DNA of 64,000 bases from an uncultured Candidatus Saccharibacteria bacterium (GCA_965230975.1 OZ246402.1:1056859-1120858), one strand, 5' to 3'. Shown: positions 9,656 to 19,077, numbered from the stretch's first letter. Made by a program: numbers and translations. The notes: generated by a model from the sequence alone, not told the origin.

Positions 9656-11323
9656 ATGATTAGCTACTTAGAGCTTTGGGACAAATTACTATACTTCCTA
9701 GACAAAGATAAAAACAAATTCTTATTTTGGAACATTCCTTATATATTAAGTAATATATTTTCACTAATTCAACCTGTATTAATAGGTGCAATTATAAACT
9801 TCTTTGCTAATTACACTTCTGACAAACCCTTAGATGAGTTCTACTTATATTTAGGAATTTACCTATTAGGATCAGTACTGGCTCAGGTTCTAAGAATAAG
9901 TGCTCGAGGTAAGATGTTTGAGATCAAGGCTGATCTTGAATATAACATTAAAACCAAAGCATTTAATAATATTCAAAACAACGCAATTGACTGGAATCTA
10001 CAAGAGAATTCTGGAAATAAATTACAAAGAATTAATACAGGTACGTCATCTTTAATTGAAGTAGTAAGTCTATTAAGCAATGATATATTTTATATAGTAA
10101 TTAGTTTTATTGGAATTCTTTCATTCTTTACAATAACTAATTTTTCATTTTTAATATTTTTCCTACTATATGCCATTTTATATTTCATCTTATTAAAGTA
10201 TTGGAATAGAAAAAACCCCGAAATGTTAAAGAGATTAAATACAGCTAGAGAGCGTTCTTCAGGGAAAATGTTTGAGGGATTAAGTAATATTCTAACAATT
10301 AAAAGTTTAGGTGTAATAAATAGTTTTCAAAACTCAATTAACAATGCCCAAAATGAACAAAGAGAAGCTGTTAAGGCTTGGGAAAGGTTAGGAGTTTATA
10401 AATGGATTTCTCTTTCAACTTTTGATTTCTTATTCATTGCTGGGTTTTTTATCTTAATTGCAATTGGAATTACTTCTGCACAAATAAGTGCTGGTCTTGT
10501 TTATGTTTTGTATAGTTACTTTATGAATATGCAAGAGATTGCATCTAATTCAAATGGTGTACTTACACAATTAATAGAAATTAAGTCTAATGTTTCTAGA
10601 ATGCTTCCTATTTTTGATCAGGTAAACTATCAAGCTGGTAACAAAAGATTTCCAAAGAATTGGGATTCTCTCCTAATAAAAAATGGTAGCTTTGAATATT
10701 CAGCTGGTGATAATAAGTTAGTATTTAACAATATAAACTTTGAAGTAGTAAGAAATAGTTTTGTAGGTATTGTTGGTGAATCTGGGTCTGGCAAATCAAG
10801 CTTGTTAAAAGTATTAATAGGTTTATATAGAATCAAACAAGGGACTTATCGAATAGGTAACAGAAGCTTTTATGATATATCCCGAGAAGAGGTATTAAAC
10901 CAGATTACTGTTGTGCTACAAGATACAGAATTATTTAATGTAAGTCTTTTAGAGAATATAACTCTATTTAAAGAAGTCGATCTGGACAAATTAAAGTTAG
11001 CCTTAGAAGTTGCACACTTAGAAGATGTTATTAATGAGTTACCAGAAGGATTGAATACTTTAGTTGGAGAAAAAGGTGTCAAACTTTCTGGCGGCCAAAG
11101 ACAAAGGATAGGCATAGCAAGGGCAATTTATAAAGATTCTCAAATTATTTTGATGGATGAAGCAACTTCCAACCTTGATAATGAAACTGAGCAGTTAGTT
11201 ATGAATAATATACTGACTAAATTACAAAATAAAACTTTGATAGTAGTTGCCCATAGGTTATCTACTTTAGAAAAAGCAGATAAAATCTGTAGATTTAAAG
11301 ACGGTACTATTTTCCAAGAGTAG
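9656..11323 (+). CDS. ABC exporter, fused permease/ATPase (bacteriocin/multidrug-type)
   Basis: N-terminal half has multiple TM helices. C-terminal ATPase has Walker A GESGSGKSS, signature LSGGQRQRIGIARA, Walker B ILMDEATS, and H-loop AHRLS. Confidence 0.8.
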   Translation: MISYLELWDKLLYFLDKDKNKFLFWNIPYILSNIFSLIQPVLIGAIINFFANYTSDKPLDEFYLYLGIYLLGSVLAQVLRISARGKMFEIKADLEYNIKTKAFNNIQNNAIDWNLQENSGNKLQRINTGTSSLIEVVSLLSNDIFYIVISFIGILSFFTITNFSFLIFFLLYAILYFILLKYWNRKNPEMLKRLNTARERSSGKMFEGLSNILTIKSLGVINSFQNSINNAQNEQREAVKAWERLGVYKWISLSTFDFLFIAGFFILIAIGITSAQISAGLVYVLYSYFMNMQEIASNSNGVLTQLIEIKSNVSRMLPIFDQVNYQAGNKRFPKNWDSLLIKNGSFEYSAGDNKLVFNNINFEVVRNSFVGIVGESGSGKSSLLKVLIGLYRIKQGTYRIGNRSFYDISREEVLNQITVVLQDTELFNVSLLENITLFKEVDLDKLKLALEVAHLEDVINELPEGLNTLVGEKGVKLSGGQRQRIGIARAIYKDSQIILMDEATSNLDNETEQLVMNNILTKLQNKTLIVVAHRLSTLEKADKICRFKDGTIFQE

Positions 11324-11344
11324 AACTAAAATATTCTTACGATT

Positions 11345-11431
11345 TCTTCATCTAAATCAACTATCATGAAACTCAAGTTAAACTCATTCCCAGAGTAAGA
11401 TGGTTTCGGTGTAAACGCACACCGCTCACCA
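11345..11431 (+). repeat. cassette-associated direct repeat, copy 5
   Basis: tcttcatctaaatcaactatcatgaaactcaagttaaactcattcccagagtaagatggtttcggtgtaaacgcacaccgctcacca. Confidence 0.8.
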
Positions 11432-11501
11432 TACTATTACCTGATTATTGATAAATGATCTCACTTAAGTTATTGTAGTTAATATATATTAATAATCATC
11501 A

Positions 11502-12110
11502 ATGGACTCTGGGCAAAGCAGATATACAAGAGTAAGAAGAGATATTTCAGGAATGAGAGATACAATTCACACCGAAGCAGAGCAAATACCAGTAGAAAGA
11601 ACTGATATGATGTCCGTAGAAGATGCTTCACAGTTAGATGAGAAAAATCTAATATTTTCTACATCTATTTCTTCTAATCATCAAGGTCCAATAATCCAAC
11701 TTGAAATGAGAACAGATACACCTGGTAATGAAGACTTTAGTTTAGGACGAACATTATTTGCACAAGATCATAAAAAGATACCTAAGTATCTATTCGTCAA
11801 TACTGGTTATTTTACTACAGCTCCAACGGGTGCAGGTCTTGGTACAAAGATGTTTAATAAACTATCTAGAGTTTTTCAATATTTAGCCCGAGTAAAGCAG
11901 TCCCAAGTTGTTCATGCTATTCATCCGACTAATGAAAATAACAAAAGATTATATGAGAGATTAGGCTATCAACCTGATAATACTAAGCTTTACGATGATT
12001 CAGGCGAATTTCTTATAAAAACTTTCCAGCCCGAAACAGATACAAATAGCATATATTTGTATGGTGATGAAGTTAAACTACTTGCCCAACTTAGTATGTT
12101 TTATAGTTAA
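11502..12110 (+). CDS. GNAT-family N-acetyltransferase-like protein
   Basis: APTGAGLGTKMF is a Q/R-x-x-G-x-G/A acetyl-CoA motif. NKRLYERLGYQP is a GNAT motif B-like segment. Confidence 0.4.
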   Translation: MDSGQSRYTRVRRDISGMRDTIHTEAEQIPVERTDMMSVEDASQLDEKNLIFSTSISSNHQGPIIQLEMRTDTPGNEDFSLGRTLFAQDHKKIPKYLFVNTGYFTTAPTGAGLGTKMFNKLSRVFQYLARVKQSQVVHAIHPTNENNKRLYERLGYQPDNTKLYDDSGEFLIKTFQPETDTNSIYLYGDEVKLLAQLSMFYS

Positions 12111-12204
12111 TATAACCATTTATGCAAAATATTTCCCAACTTCTATAAAATTGGAACATATCTAACAACTCAGAATGCGAATCTTAAGTTTTGAAGTGTT
12201 ATTC

Positions 12205-12266
12205 AGAATAATAAACAAAAACCTAGTTAAAGCGTAGTTCGTGGTAGTTGTACACCGCTAACCAAT
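12205..12266 (+). repeat. cassette-associated direct repeat, divergent copy 6
   Basis: aataataaacaaaaacctagttaaagcgtagttcgtggtagttgtacaccgctaaccaatt. Confidence 0.55.
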
Positions 12267-12281
12267 TATTCCTATTTAGCG

Positions 12282-12719
12282 TTAATCTTGCAAAGAATAA
12301 ATTATATACCAAGGCTTTTCAGGCAATTCCTTTCTAATTCCTGCGTATACATTATGGATACTAGGCAAGTTCATCCACGGATCAACCCAACCAGTTTCTA
12401 CCTTTAAAAGATAATGCCCTATTGGATACTTTTTGCTTTTTCTAATTAAGGTAATTGAATTTAGTTTTGAAGCTAAACTTACTGATTCAGGAGTAACATC
12501 TCTTTTTGTATTGCAAAATTTTACTGCATAATTAAGTCCTTTAGAATTGAGATATTTTACAAGATCTGAGACTTTAATACCTTTATCCACCTTATAAAAG
12601 TTATTCTCAAAATCTGACTTTATTTCTAAATACTCTTTGTTGAGAAGATTAGCAAGACATGCAATACCACAACCATTTAAGTCATGTTGATGTTGGTATT
12701 CTTTAGAAATATTTTCCAT
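12282..12719 (-). CDS. stand-alone peptidase C39-like (papain-fold, bacteriocin-processing type) domain protein
   Basis: HDLNGCGIACLANLLNKEY matches the C39 catalytic-Cys motif (CG.ACL). Downstream His candidates (PIGHYLL). 145 aa. The only minus-strand gene in the repeat array. Confidence 0.4.
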   Translation of the reverse strand: MENISKEYQHQHDLNGCGIACLANLLNKEYLEIKSDFENNFYKVDKGIKVSDLVKYLNSKGLNYAVKFCNTKRDVTPESVSLASKLNSITLIRKSKKYPIGHYLLKVETGWVDPWMNLPSIHNVYAGIRKELPEKPWYIIYSLQD

Positions 12720-12754
12720 ATAGTAATTATAGCTTACTTATTGATATTCGATGA

Positions 12755-12834
12755 ATCTTCTTAACAATATCTGTAATAACAAACACTAAGTTAAACTCTT
12801 TGGGTTTTGGGGTAAACGGACATCGCTCACCAAA
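12755..12834 (+). repeat. cassette-associated direct repeat, copy 7
   Basis: cttcttaacaatatctgtaataacaaacactaagttaaactctttgggttttggggtaaacggacatcgctcaccaaagc. Confidence 0.8.
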
Positions 12835-12919
12835 GCATAAAACTTAAGAAGGTTTAAATACTAAAAGAATTAGCCTTTAAACGTGCCTTCAAATAAACCT
12901 TATTGTATAATTCCTAATC

Positions 12920-14122
12920 ATGACTGATTCTCAAAAACTGCTTTCTAGAAAATATTTAATATATAAACTATTCACAAACCTATGGTTTGTTAGTGCTGTA
13001 TGGCTATATTTTTATAGAATCTTTATTACAGATCAACAAGTAGGAATATTAGATGGAATAGCTTTTGCAATTGGACTGATTGCAGAAGTGCCCTCAGGTG
13101 CATTAGCAGACAAGTTTGGTAGAGATAAGCTTGTTAAAATCGGGCATATTCTTGCTGGATGTGGTTTATTGCTTCAAGCATTCAGCACAAGCTTGCCATT
13201 TTTTATTATTGGTCAAGCAACAATGATGATAGGGGTTTCTTTTGTTTCTGGTGCAGACGAGGCATTATTTTACGAAAATTTAAAATTTAACGAAAACTCA
13301 AAACAGTGGAGAAAACTAGTGACCAGAGGGTCTCAAGTTGGATTAATTGCAACATTATTTGCAACAATAGCAGGGGGTTGGCTTCATAATATAGACCCAA
13401 AAATCCCATGGGTCTTAAATGGCCTAACTTTTATTATTGCAGTAATAATGATTTGGAATATAAAAGATAAAAGAGAGCGGAAATCTAGGGGCAGTGTAGT
13501 TTCAGAAGTTAAAGATTATTTATTAGACATAAAAACTGGATTTGCACAATTTAAGTTACCTAAACTAAGATTGTATGTACCTTTTATTATTACAGTACAA
13601 GGTCTATTTTATACAACAGGATATGGATTACTAAGACTTGTATTACTTGATAGGTTTGGATTTAGTATATTTTTAGGATCTATTGCACTTGCATCTAGCA
13701 CAATTATCACTGTTGCCTTACTTTCCTACCTCCACAAATATTCTGATAAATTTAGTGAAAAAAGAGTTTTAACCTCAATTGGATTAGCAGCTGCTGCAAG
13801 CTTACTTTTATCATTAGCAAATATTGGGTTATGGGGATATATTGTCATATTAATCCTGTATGCTGGCGAACATGTTCTTCAACCCATAATCAGTGAAGTT
13901 TTAAATAAGAAAGCACCAGAAGATCAAAGAGCAACTACACTTTCAGTTGCATCGTTTTTTAAAACCTTGCCTTATGTAATTTTGGCCCCAATTATTGGCA
14001 CATTAAATAACGAAGGTAAGCTAGAATATTTTTTAATTATATGGGCTATCTTTATCTTTCTTGCTGTAGGGCTTTATGTAATTGTCAAAATGAAAGATTC
14101 TAAGATAAATATTAGCGAATAA
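12920..14122 (+). CDS. MFS-type transporter
   Basis: 400 aa with about 12 hydrophobic segments. The D-K/R-x-G-R-like loop (LADKFGRDK) between TM2 and TM3 is typical of the major facilitator superfamily. Confidence 0.6.
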   Translation: MTDSQKLLSRKYLIYKLFTNLWFVSAVWLYFYRIFITDQQVGILDGIAFAIGLIAEVPSGALADKFGRDKLVKIGHILAGCGLLLQAFSTSLPFFIIGQATMMIGVSFVSGADEALFYENLKFNENSKQWRKLVTRGSQVGLIATLFATIAGGWLHNIDPKIPWVLNGLTFIIAVIMIWNIKDKRERKSRGSVVSEVKDYLLDIKTGFAQFKLPKLRLYVPFIITVQGLFYTTGYGLLRLVLLDRFGFSIFLGSIALASSTIITVALLSYLHKYSDKFSEKRVLTSIGLAAAASLLLSLANIGLWGYIVILILYAGEHVLQPIISEVLNKKAPEDQRATTLSVASFFKTLPYVILAPIIGTLNNEGKLEYFLIIWAIFIFLAVGLYVIVKMKDSKINISE

Positions 14123-14462
14123 TAACCTCAATTCTAATATCAATCCTCTATATAAAAACTTGATATAATAAAAAATATTAATAAATAAACTATGGCAGAA
14201 TTAAAAACTAAAAAAACAAAATTTAACGCTTTTCTTAATGCCAAGCTTTCCTGCGGTTGAAAAATTGCTTTCAAAAGTAGGCAAACACAAAGCAAGCAAA
14301 GGTTGCTTATACATAAACAAACTTACAGATGTAAACTTAGAAGTAGTTGAGGAGATTATAAAAACATCCTTTTTAGAAATGAAAAAAGCTAATAATGTTT
14401 TATAAGCAATAAACAGTTGGGTATCCCCATTTTCCCAAAAAATAGCTTTCGCAAATAAATAT

Positions 14463-14870
14463 TTAAAACCAACCTTTGAATGGGTATAAAGGTGTATAAT
14501 CTACGGTTATTCCTAAATTATACATTGCTAAGCCCAAAGCTAAGCGATACTCCAAAAATTTAGGATTTAGTATTTCTAAATCAAAATTTCCCGAATCCAC
14601 CAATCTTATAAATTCCTTAAAACTTTGCAGCAACACATTAAGGTTTTCTAGCTCTAGTTTATTAGATTCCACCTCTTGCATCTTTAGATTTACCAATTCC
14701 TCTAAAAATGCTATTAGTCTATTAGGATCACCAAAGGCATAAATCAATTGATCGAAAGAGTCTATACTTTGCTCTAGAATTGTTAGCTCGTCTATGGCTC
14801 GTTCCAAACGTTCAATTCGAATATTATCATCAATCTGAATATTATCAGAAGGGTTGGGCAAGTACATCAT
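14463..14870 (-). CDS. hypothetical protein (acidic, probably coiled-coil)
   Basis: 135-aa ORF; no motifs. Confidence 0.3.
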   Translation of the reverse strand: MMYLPNPSDNIQIDDNIRIERLERAIDELTILEQSIDSFDQLIYAFGDPNRLIAFLEELVNLKMQEVESNKLELENLNVLLQSFKEFIRLVDSGNFDLEILNPKFLEYRLALGLAMYNLGITVDYTPLYPFKGWF

Positions 14871-15284
14871 AATACTTAAGCTAATTTCCAGATTATAACA
14901 TCACACAAGAAGTTGGTACACTTTAAATGTACCTTCTCAGGTATTTGCGACGCTCAAAACACCCCCTATACTTTAAATAGAGTGGTTATATGCAATCCTA
15001 TAGTACATCAACATTTGAGTGGATTACACCTTGCGATGAGTAAATATTTTAATCTAGTTTTTAATAATGGCCCTATTAAGTCTTACCAGTGAGCACTTAA
15101 CTATTAGCAAAGTTACAGAACATTCAATCCTATAGTTCCGTCAATTTTAGATTTTTCGAAATACCAATCTCTCCCTAACTTGTTCGACATCTTAAAATTG
15201 CGTATCATTTACAATTAAAATTATCACTTTCCTGAACAACTGCTTTTAAGGTAGAATATGTTTCATGAAGTCAAATTCAAAATT

Positions 15285-17189
15285 ATGAGCAAAATAAAAA
15301 AACTCCCACAAAACCTCGTTAATTTAATTGCAGCGGGTGAAGTAGTAGAAAGACCAGCATCTGCACTGAAAGAGATCCTAGAAAACGCTATAGACGCGAA
15401 ATCAACAAAAATAGTAGTTAGAATTGAAAATGCAGGTAATCAACTAATCCAGGTAGAAGATAACGGAGTAGGGATGGATCAAGCAGACGCACTTATGGCC
15501 TTTGAGCAACATGCTACTTCTAAAATCTCTACAGAAGAGGATTTAAACAAGATTTACACCTTAGGTTTTAGAGGAGAAGCTTTAGCAAGTATTAGCTCTG
15601 TATGCCAGAAATTAAACATAGAGACTAAACAAGAAAATGGCCAAGCTACAAAAGTTACCAACTCAAATGGCTCATTAACTCAAGAAGAATCAGCTAAAAC
15701 AAGTACCGGAACAATTCTAAGCGTTTACGGCCTTTTTGAAAATATTCCGGCAAGAAAAAAGTTTCTAAAAAACGAAGCAACAGAATTTAAACATATCGCG
15801 CAAACATTCATAAATACAGCTATTCCAAATTTAGATATTCACTTTGAACTTTGGCACAACAACAAAGAAATTTACAAACTAACAAAGGTCACTAATTTTA
15901 AAGACAGGATATTTGAAATTTGGGGAAACACAATCTCTAAACATATATTTGAACCCGTTGAATACAACTCTACAGGTTTAAAAGTCACAGCATTTTTAGG
16001 TAGCACTGAAGTGGGAAGAAAGAGTGGAGATATTCAATATGTATTTGTAAACAACCGATGCATAAACAACAAAACTATTTACCAGGCAGCGGTAGAAGGG
16101 TACCGAGGTTTTTTGCATAAAGACTTAAAGCCCACTTACTTTTACTTTTTACAAGTAGACCCTGCAGAAGTAGATGTAAATATTCACCCAAGAAAAAATG
16201 AAGTAAGGTTTAATAACAACCAACTAATTTTTCAAGCAATCTACACTATCACAAAAAAAACTCTTGAAAACAGCTCTAAACAAGCTTTAACCCAAGCAAT
16301 CAATTCCGAAAACAATCAAAGTGACAATCTATATAAATACGAAAGCAGTTTAAACAGGTCAACAAGTGATACGCTAACAAGCCCAAATACATTCACACCA
16401 GTGCAGAAGATTGCAAGTTATATGCCCAAAGTAGCAAGTGATCCAAACTCTACAAGTTACTTACAAAAAAGCTATTCAAAGCCTACAGTTCAAGATGCAC
16501 TTTCTTTTACGCGAATGCTTATAGAAAAAGATTCAACCACCAGTTCAAATTCGTTTACACCTGAAAATACGGAGATCGTAGATACCCCACTAACAAACAT
16601 CCAAAATTTAAATCCTCTCCAAGTTTTTAATACTTATATAGTATTTGAAAAAGGGGAAGATGTGATTTTTGTAGATCAACATGCCGCAGCAGAAAAGATT
16701 AATTTCGAAAGACTTTATAAAAGTTACGGGGCTATCAAAACAAAACCTATGCTTGTACCTGAAATAGTTAGTTTAAAAAAGTTTGAAAAAGAGGAGCTAT
16801 TATCAAGAAAAGAGGAGCTGGCAAAGAGCGGAATTATTATAGATGACTTTGGTAGCGATACTGTTCAAGTACTAGAAATTCCCGAGATTTTAGAAAAGCT
16901 AGATGTGACAAACTATATCCAAGAAATTCTTAACCCTTCAAACGAATTTAGTAAGACTTTTAATAAAGATGAATACAACAACCTAACATACGAAGCATAT
17001 ATTTTAATTGCTACCCAGGCCTGCCATGGGAGCATTAGAGCAGGTCAAAAGCTTTCTATTGAAGAGATGAAGAAAATTTTACTAGACTTACTTAGCCTTA
17101 AAAACCCTTACAACTGCCCTCATGGCAGGCCGGTTATGTGGCAACTTGAAAGAAGCGAAATAGAAAAAAGTTTTAAAAGGAAAATATGA
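15285..17189 (+). CDS. mutL: DNA mismatch repair protein MutL (endonuclease-type)
   Basis: N-terminal GHKL ATPase motifs (NLIAAGEVVERPASALKEILENAIDA, VEDNGVGM). C-terminal endonuclease motif FVDQHAAAEKINFE (DQHA-x2-E-x4-E) and the CPHGRP motif. Probable start at the internal ATG (MSKIKKL) rather than the 15258 ORF-track start. Confidence 0.85.
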   Translation: MSKIKKLPQNLVNLIAAGEVVERPASALKEILENAIDAKSTKIVVRIENAGNQLIQVEDNGVGMDQADALMAFEQHATSKISTEEDLNKIYTLGFRGEALASISSVCQKLNIETKQENGQATKVTNSNGSLTQEESAKTSTGTILSVYGLFENIPARKKFLKNEATEFKHIAQTFINTAIPNLDIHFELWHNNKEIYKLTKVTNFKDRIFEIWGNTISKHIFEPVEYNSTGLKVTAFLGSTEVGRKSGDIQYVFVNNRCINNKTIYQAAVEGYRGFLHKDLKPTYFYFLQVDPAEVDVNIHPRKNEVRFNNNQLIFQAIYTITKKTLENSSKQALTQAINSENNQSDNLYKYESSLNRSTSDTLTSPNTFTPVQKIASYMPKVASDPNSTSYLQKSYSKPTVQDALSFTRMLIEKDSTTSSNSFTPENTEIVDTPLTNIQNLNPLQVFNTYIVFEKGEDVIFVDQHAAAEKINFERLYKSYGAIKTKPMLVPEIVSLKKFEKEELLSRKEELAKSGIIIDDFGSDTVQVLEIPEILEKLDVTNYIQEILNPSNEFSKTFNKDEYNNLTYEAYILIATQACHGSIRAGQKLSIEEMKKILLDLLSLKNPYNCPHGRPVMWQLERSEIEKSFKRKI

Positions 17190-17665
17190 GAAAAAAACGT
17201 TTATTTATAATTTCGATTATAGTAGCTTTCAGTCTAATATTATCTATGGGGCTAGCATTTATAAGTGCTTTAAATATAGTTAATCAAACAACCATAGTTC
17301 CTCAAAACAAGGCAATATTATTGACCCAAAAGGGTGATATAGAATTAGAGCTTGCAAAAACTCAAAGCCAACATATGATCGGCTTAATGAATAGAACATC
17401 TATGGATTTAAACAAAGGGATGCTCTTTATTTTTGAAAAAGAGGAGCCAAGATCTTTTTGGATGAAAGATACTTTAATTTCTTTAGATATTATTTTTTTA
17501 GATAAAGATTTTAAAGTAGTCAAAATTCATAAAAGTACTTTACCAAACCAAACCGAACAAATATATTACTCACAAGCACCTGCCATGTATGTAATAGAAC
17601 TAAATAGTGGGGCATCTAATACTTACTTAATAAATGAAAGTGATATTTTAAAAATTCTCTTTTAA
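17186..17665 (+). CDS. DUF192 domain protein with N-terminal signal/TM
   Basis: GLMNRTSMDLNKGMLFIFEKEEPRSFWMKDTLISLDIIFLD matches the DUF192 core. Start overlaps the mutL stop (ATGA). Confidence 0.5.
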   Translation: MRKKRLFIISIIVAFSLILSMGLAFISALNIVNQTTIVPQNKAILLTQKGDIELELAKTQSQHMIGLMNRTSMDLNKGMLFIFEKEEPRSFWMKDTLISLDIIFLDKDFKVVKIHKSTLPNQTEQIYYSQAPAMYVIELNSGASNTYLINESDILKILF

Positions 17666-17846
17666 AGAATTTTTACACTTTGTTACTTTTGCATTTACCT
17701 TTACTGAATATACTATTAACAATCTAAGTTAAATTAAGAATAATTTAGATTTTGAGCAGAGAATTAGTTTATTAACTGCTCAATGGAGATATTTTAAGAA
17801 TTGCTACAACACGTTTGTTGCAATGCAGTCTTGGCCAAGAATCGAG

Positions 17847-17875
17847 TTGACAAACTTTGTTCTTTTACCTAGAAT
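17847..17875 (+). promoter_or_regulatory. consensus sigma70-type promoter (TTGACA-N17-TAGAAT)
   Basis: TTGACA at 17847-17852, a 17-nt spacer, and TAGAAT at 17870-17875. It is followed by an ORF-free transcript that ends at an intrinsic terminator. Confidence 0.5.
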
Positions 17876-17881
17876 GTGTAT

Positions 17882-17952
17882 AACAAAAGTACACAAAGCA
17901 GTAAAATAGTTAAAAGTGCAAGCAAAGATCCCCGAGTAAAATCGGGGTTTTT
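17882..17952 (+). ncRNA. candidate small RNA of about 70 nt (unknown family)
   Basis: Lies between the consensus promoter and the GC hairpin CCCCGA-GUAAAA-UCGGGG plus U5 (17930-17952). No start codon or ORF in the interval. Confidence 0.35.
17930..17952 (+). terminator. rho-independent terminator
   Basis: ccccgagtaaaatcgggg followed by ttttt. Confidence 0.6.
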
Positions 17953-18091
17953 GCTATCTATGGGGGTTAAATACAAATTATAAACTTACAAAAACGAAAT
18001 AACGTTAGCACTGCACCTTCACACCTGATAATTCTATGATATAATTTTATTGCTCCATACCGGAGAATTATTAAATTATTAACTTAAAAAT

Positions 18092-18706
18092 ATGAGTTAC
18101 TTAATTCCATCTGTAATAGAAAAATCAAGAGACGGAGAAAGAGCATACGATATTTATTCAAGACTTTTAAAAGATAGAATAATATTTGTAGGAACCCAAA
18201 TTGATGATCAAGTAGCAAACGCAGTTGTTGCTCAACTTTTATTTTTAGAAAAAGAGGACGCTAACAAAGATATTATTATGTACATTCACAGCCCAGGCGG
18301 AGTAGTTCACTCAGGCTTGGCAATGATAGATACAATGAACTACATTAAACCAGACGTAGTAACTGTTGCGATTGGTTCAACGGCTTCTATGGGAACAATG
18401 CTTTTAACATCTGGCAAAAAAGGAAAAAGATTTGCTTTGGAAAATGCAACTATTCATATGCACCAACCTTTAGGTGGCGCAGAGGGTCAGGCAAGTGATA
18501 TTGCAATTACTGCAAAAGAGATTTTAAGAATAAAAGACTTGTTAAGAGATATGATTGTTAAAGCAACAGGTCAAACTGCAGAGAAAGTAGAAAAGGATAT
18601 GGATAGAGACTTTTATTTAACAGCCCCTCAAGCAGTTGAATACGGGCTTATAGATAAAGTATTAACAAGAAACACTTTAGATAACGTAACTTCGGCTAGC
18701 AAATAA
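18092..18706 (+). CDS. clpP: ATP-dependent Clp protease proteolytic subunit
   Basis: Strong similarity pattern throughout ([67 protein letters not shown]); Ser-His-Asp triad context conserved. Confidence 0.9.
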   Translation: MSYLIPSVIEKSRDGERAYDIYSRLLKDRIIFVGTQIDDQVANAVVAQLLFLEKEDANKDIIMYIHSPGGVVHSGLAMIDTMNYIKPDVVTVAIGSTASMGTMLLTSGKKGKRFALENATIHMHQPLGGAEGQASDIAITAKEILRIKDLLRDMIVKATGQTAEKVEKDMDRDFYLTAPQAVEYGLIDKVLTRNTLDNVTSASK

Positions 18707-18845
18707 GTTGCCGAATTTATAAGGAAAGTATAAAATCGGGATATTGTTAGGACAAAGCTAACAATTTGAGTACGAGGCCACGTTGTGGCACTAATGCGCC
18801 AATATGATTTTGCTACACTAACATTTGCAAAATCATTGGCTTATT

Positions 18846-18918
18846 GAGCAGTTAGCTCAGCTGGTAGAGCGCTCCCTTGACGTGGGAAAGGTCACAGGTT
18901 CGATCCCTGTACTGCTCA
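18846..18918 (+). tRNA. tRNA-Val (anticodon GAC), no encoded CCA
   Basis: Acceptor GAGCAGU/ACUGCUC with discriminator A. D-arm GCUC-AGCUGGUA-GAGC. Anticodon loop UUGACGU. T-arm ACAGG-UUCGAUC-CCUGU. Confidence 0.8.
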
Positions 18919-18996
18919 TTAAATCAAGAATTATGCAAAAGAAATGCAGCAGAATTCTATTGATTTAACGAGTGCAGCTTGTCTGCCTCATTAAAA

Positions 18997-19038
18997 TTAT
19001 GATTCTACAAATGAGTGAAGTAGAATCATTTAATTTTA
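18997..19038 (+). terminator. hairpin downstream of tRNA-Val (possible terminator)
   Basis: attatgattctac - aaatgagtgaa - gtagaatcat forms an 11-12 bp stem and is followed by ttaatttt. Confidence 0.35.
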
Positions 19039-19077
19039 ATAGTGTCGCTAGTCCACCTAATTCAACCGCAAATTATC

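Noticed and set aside
5340-12840. Interpretation of the repeats as canonical class 1-type integron attC sites
   Set aside because: I could not find the inverse-core/core consensus (RYYYAAC ... GTTRRRY) or a long imperfect palindrome. Only a short GTTT-N6-AAAC dyad is conserved. I therefore call it integron-like or operator-like rather than a bona fide attC array.
14192-14260. Possibility that TGA is read as a sense codon (alternative genetic code), which would extend the 14192 ORF
   Set aside because: Read-through yields an implausible basic, low-complexity peptide. All long genes in the window are intact under the standard code, with stops including TGA at ORF ends.
18707-18845. Short dyads (ttgttag-gacaaag-ctaacaa; gccacgttgtggc) between clpP and tRNA-Val as a possible small RNA or terminator
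   Set aside because: The stems are short and lack a T-run or a flanking promoter, so evidence is insufficient to call a feature.
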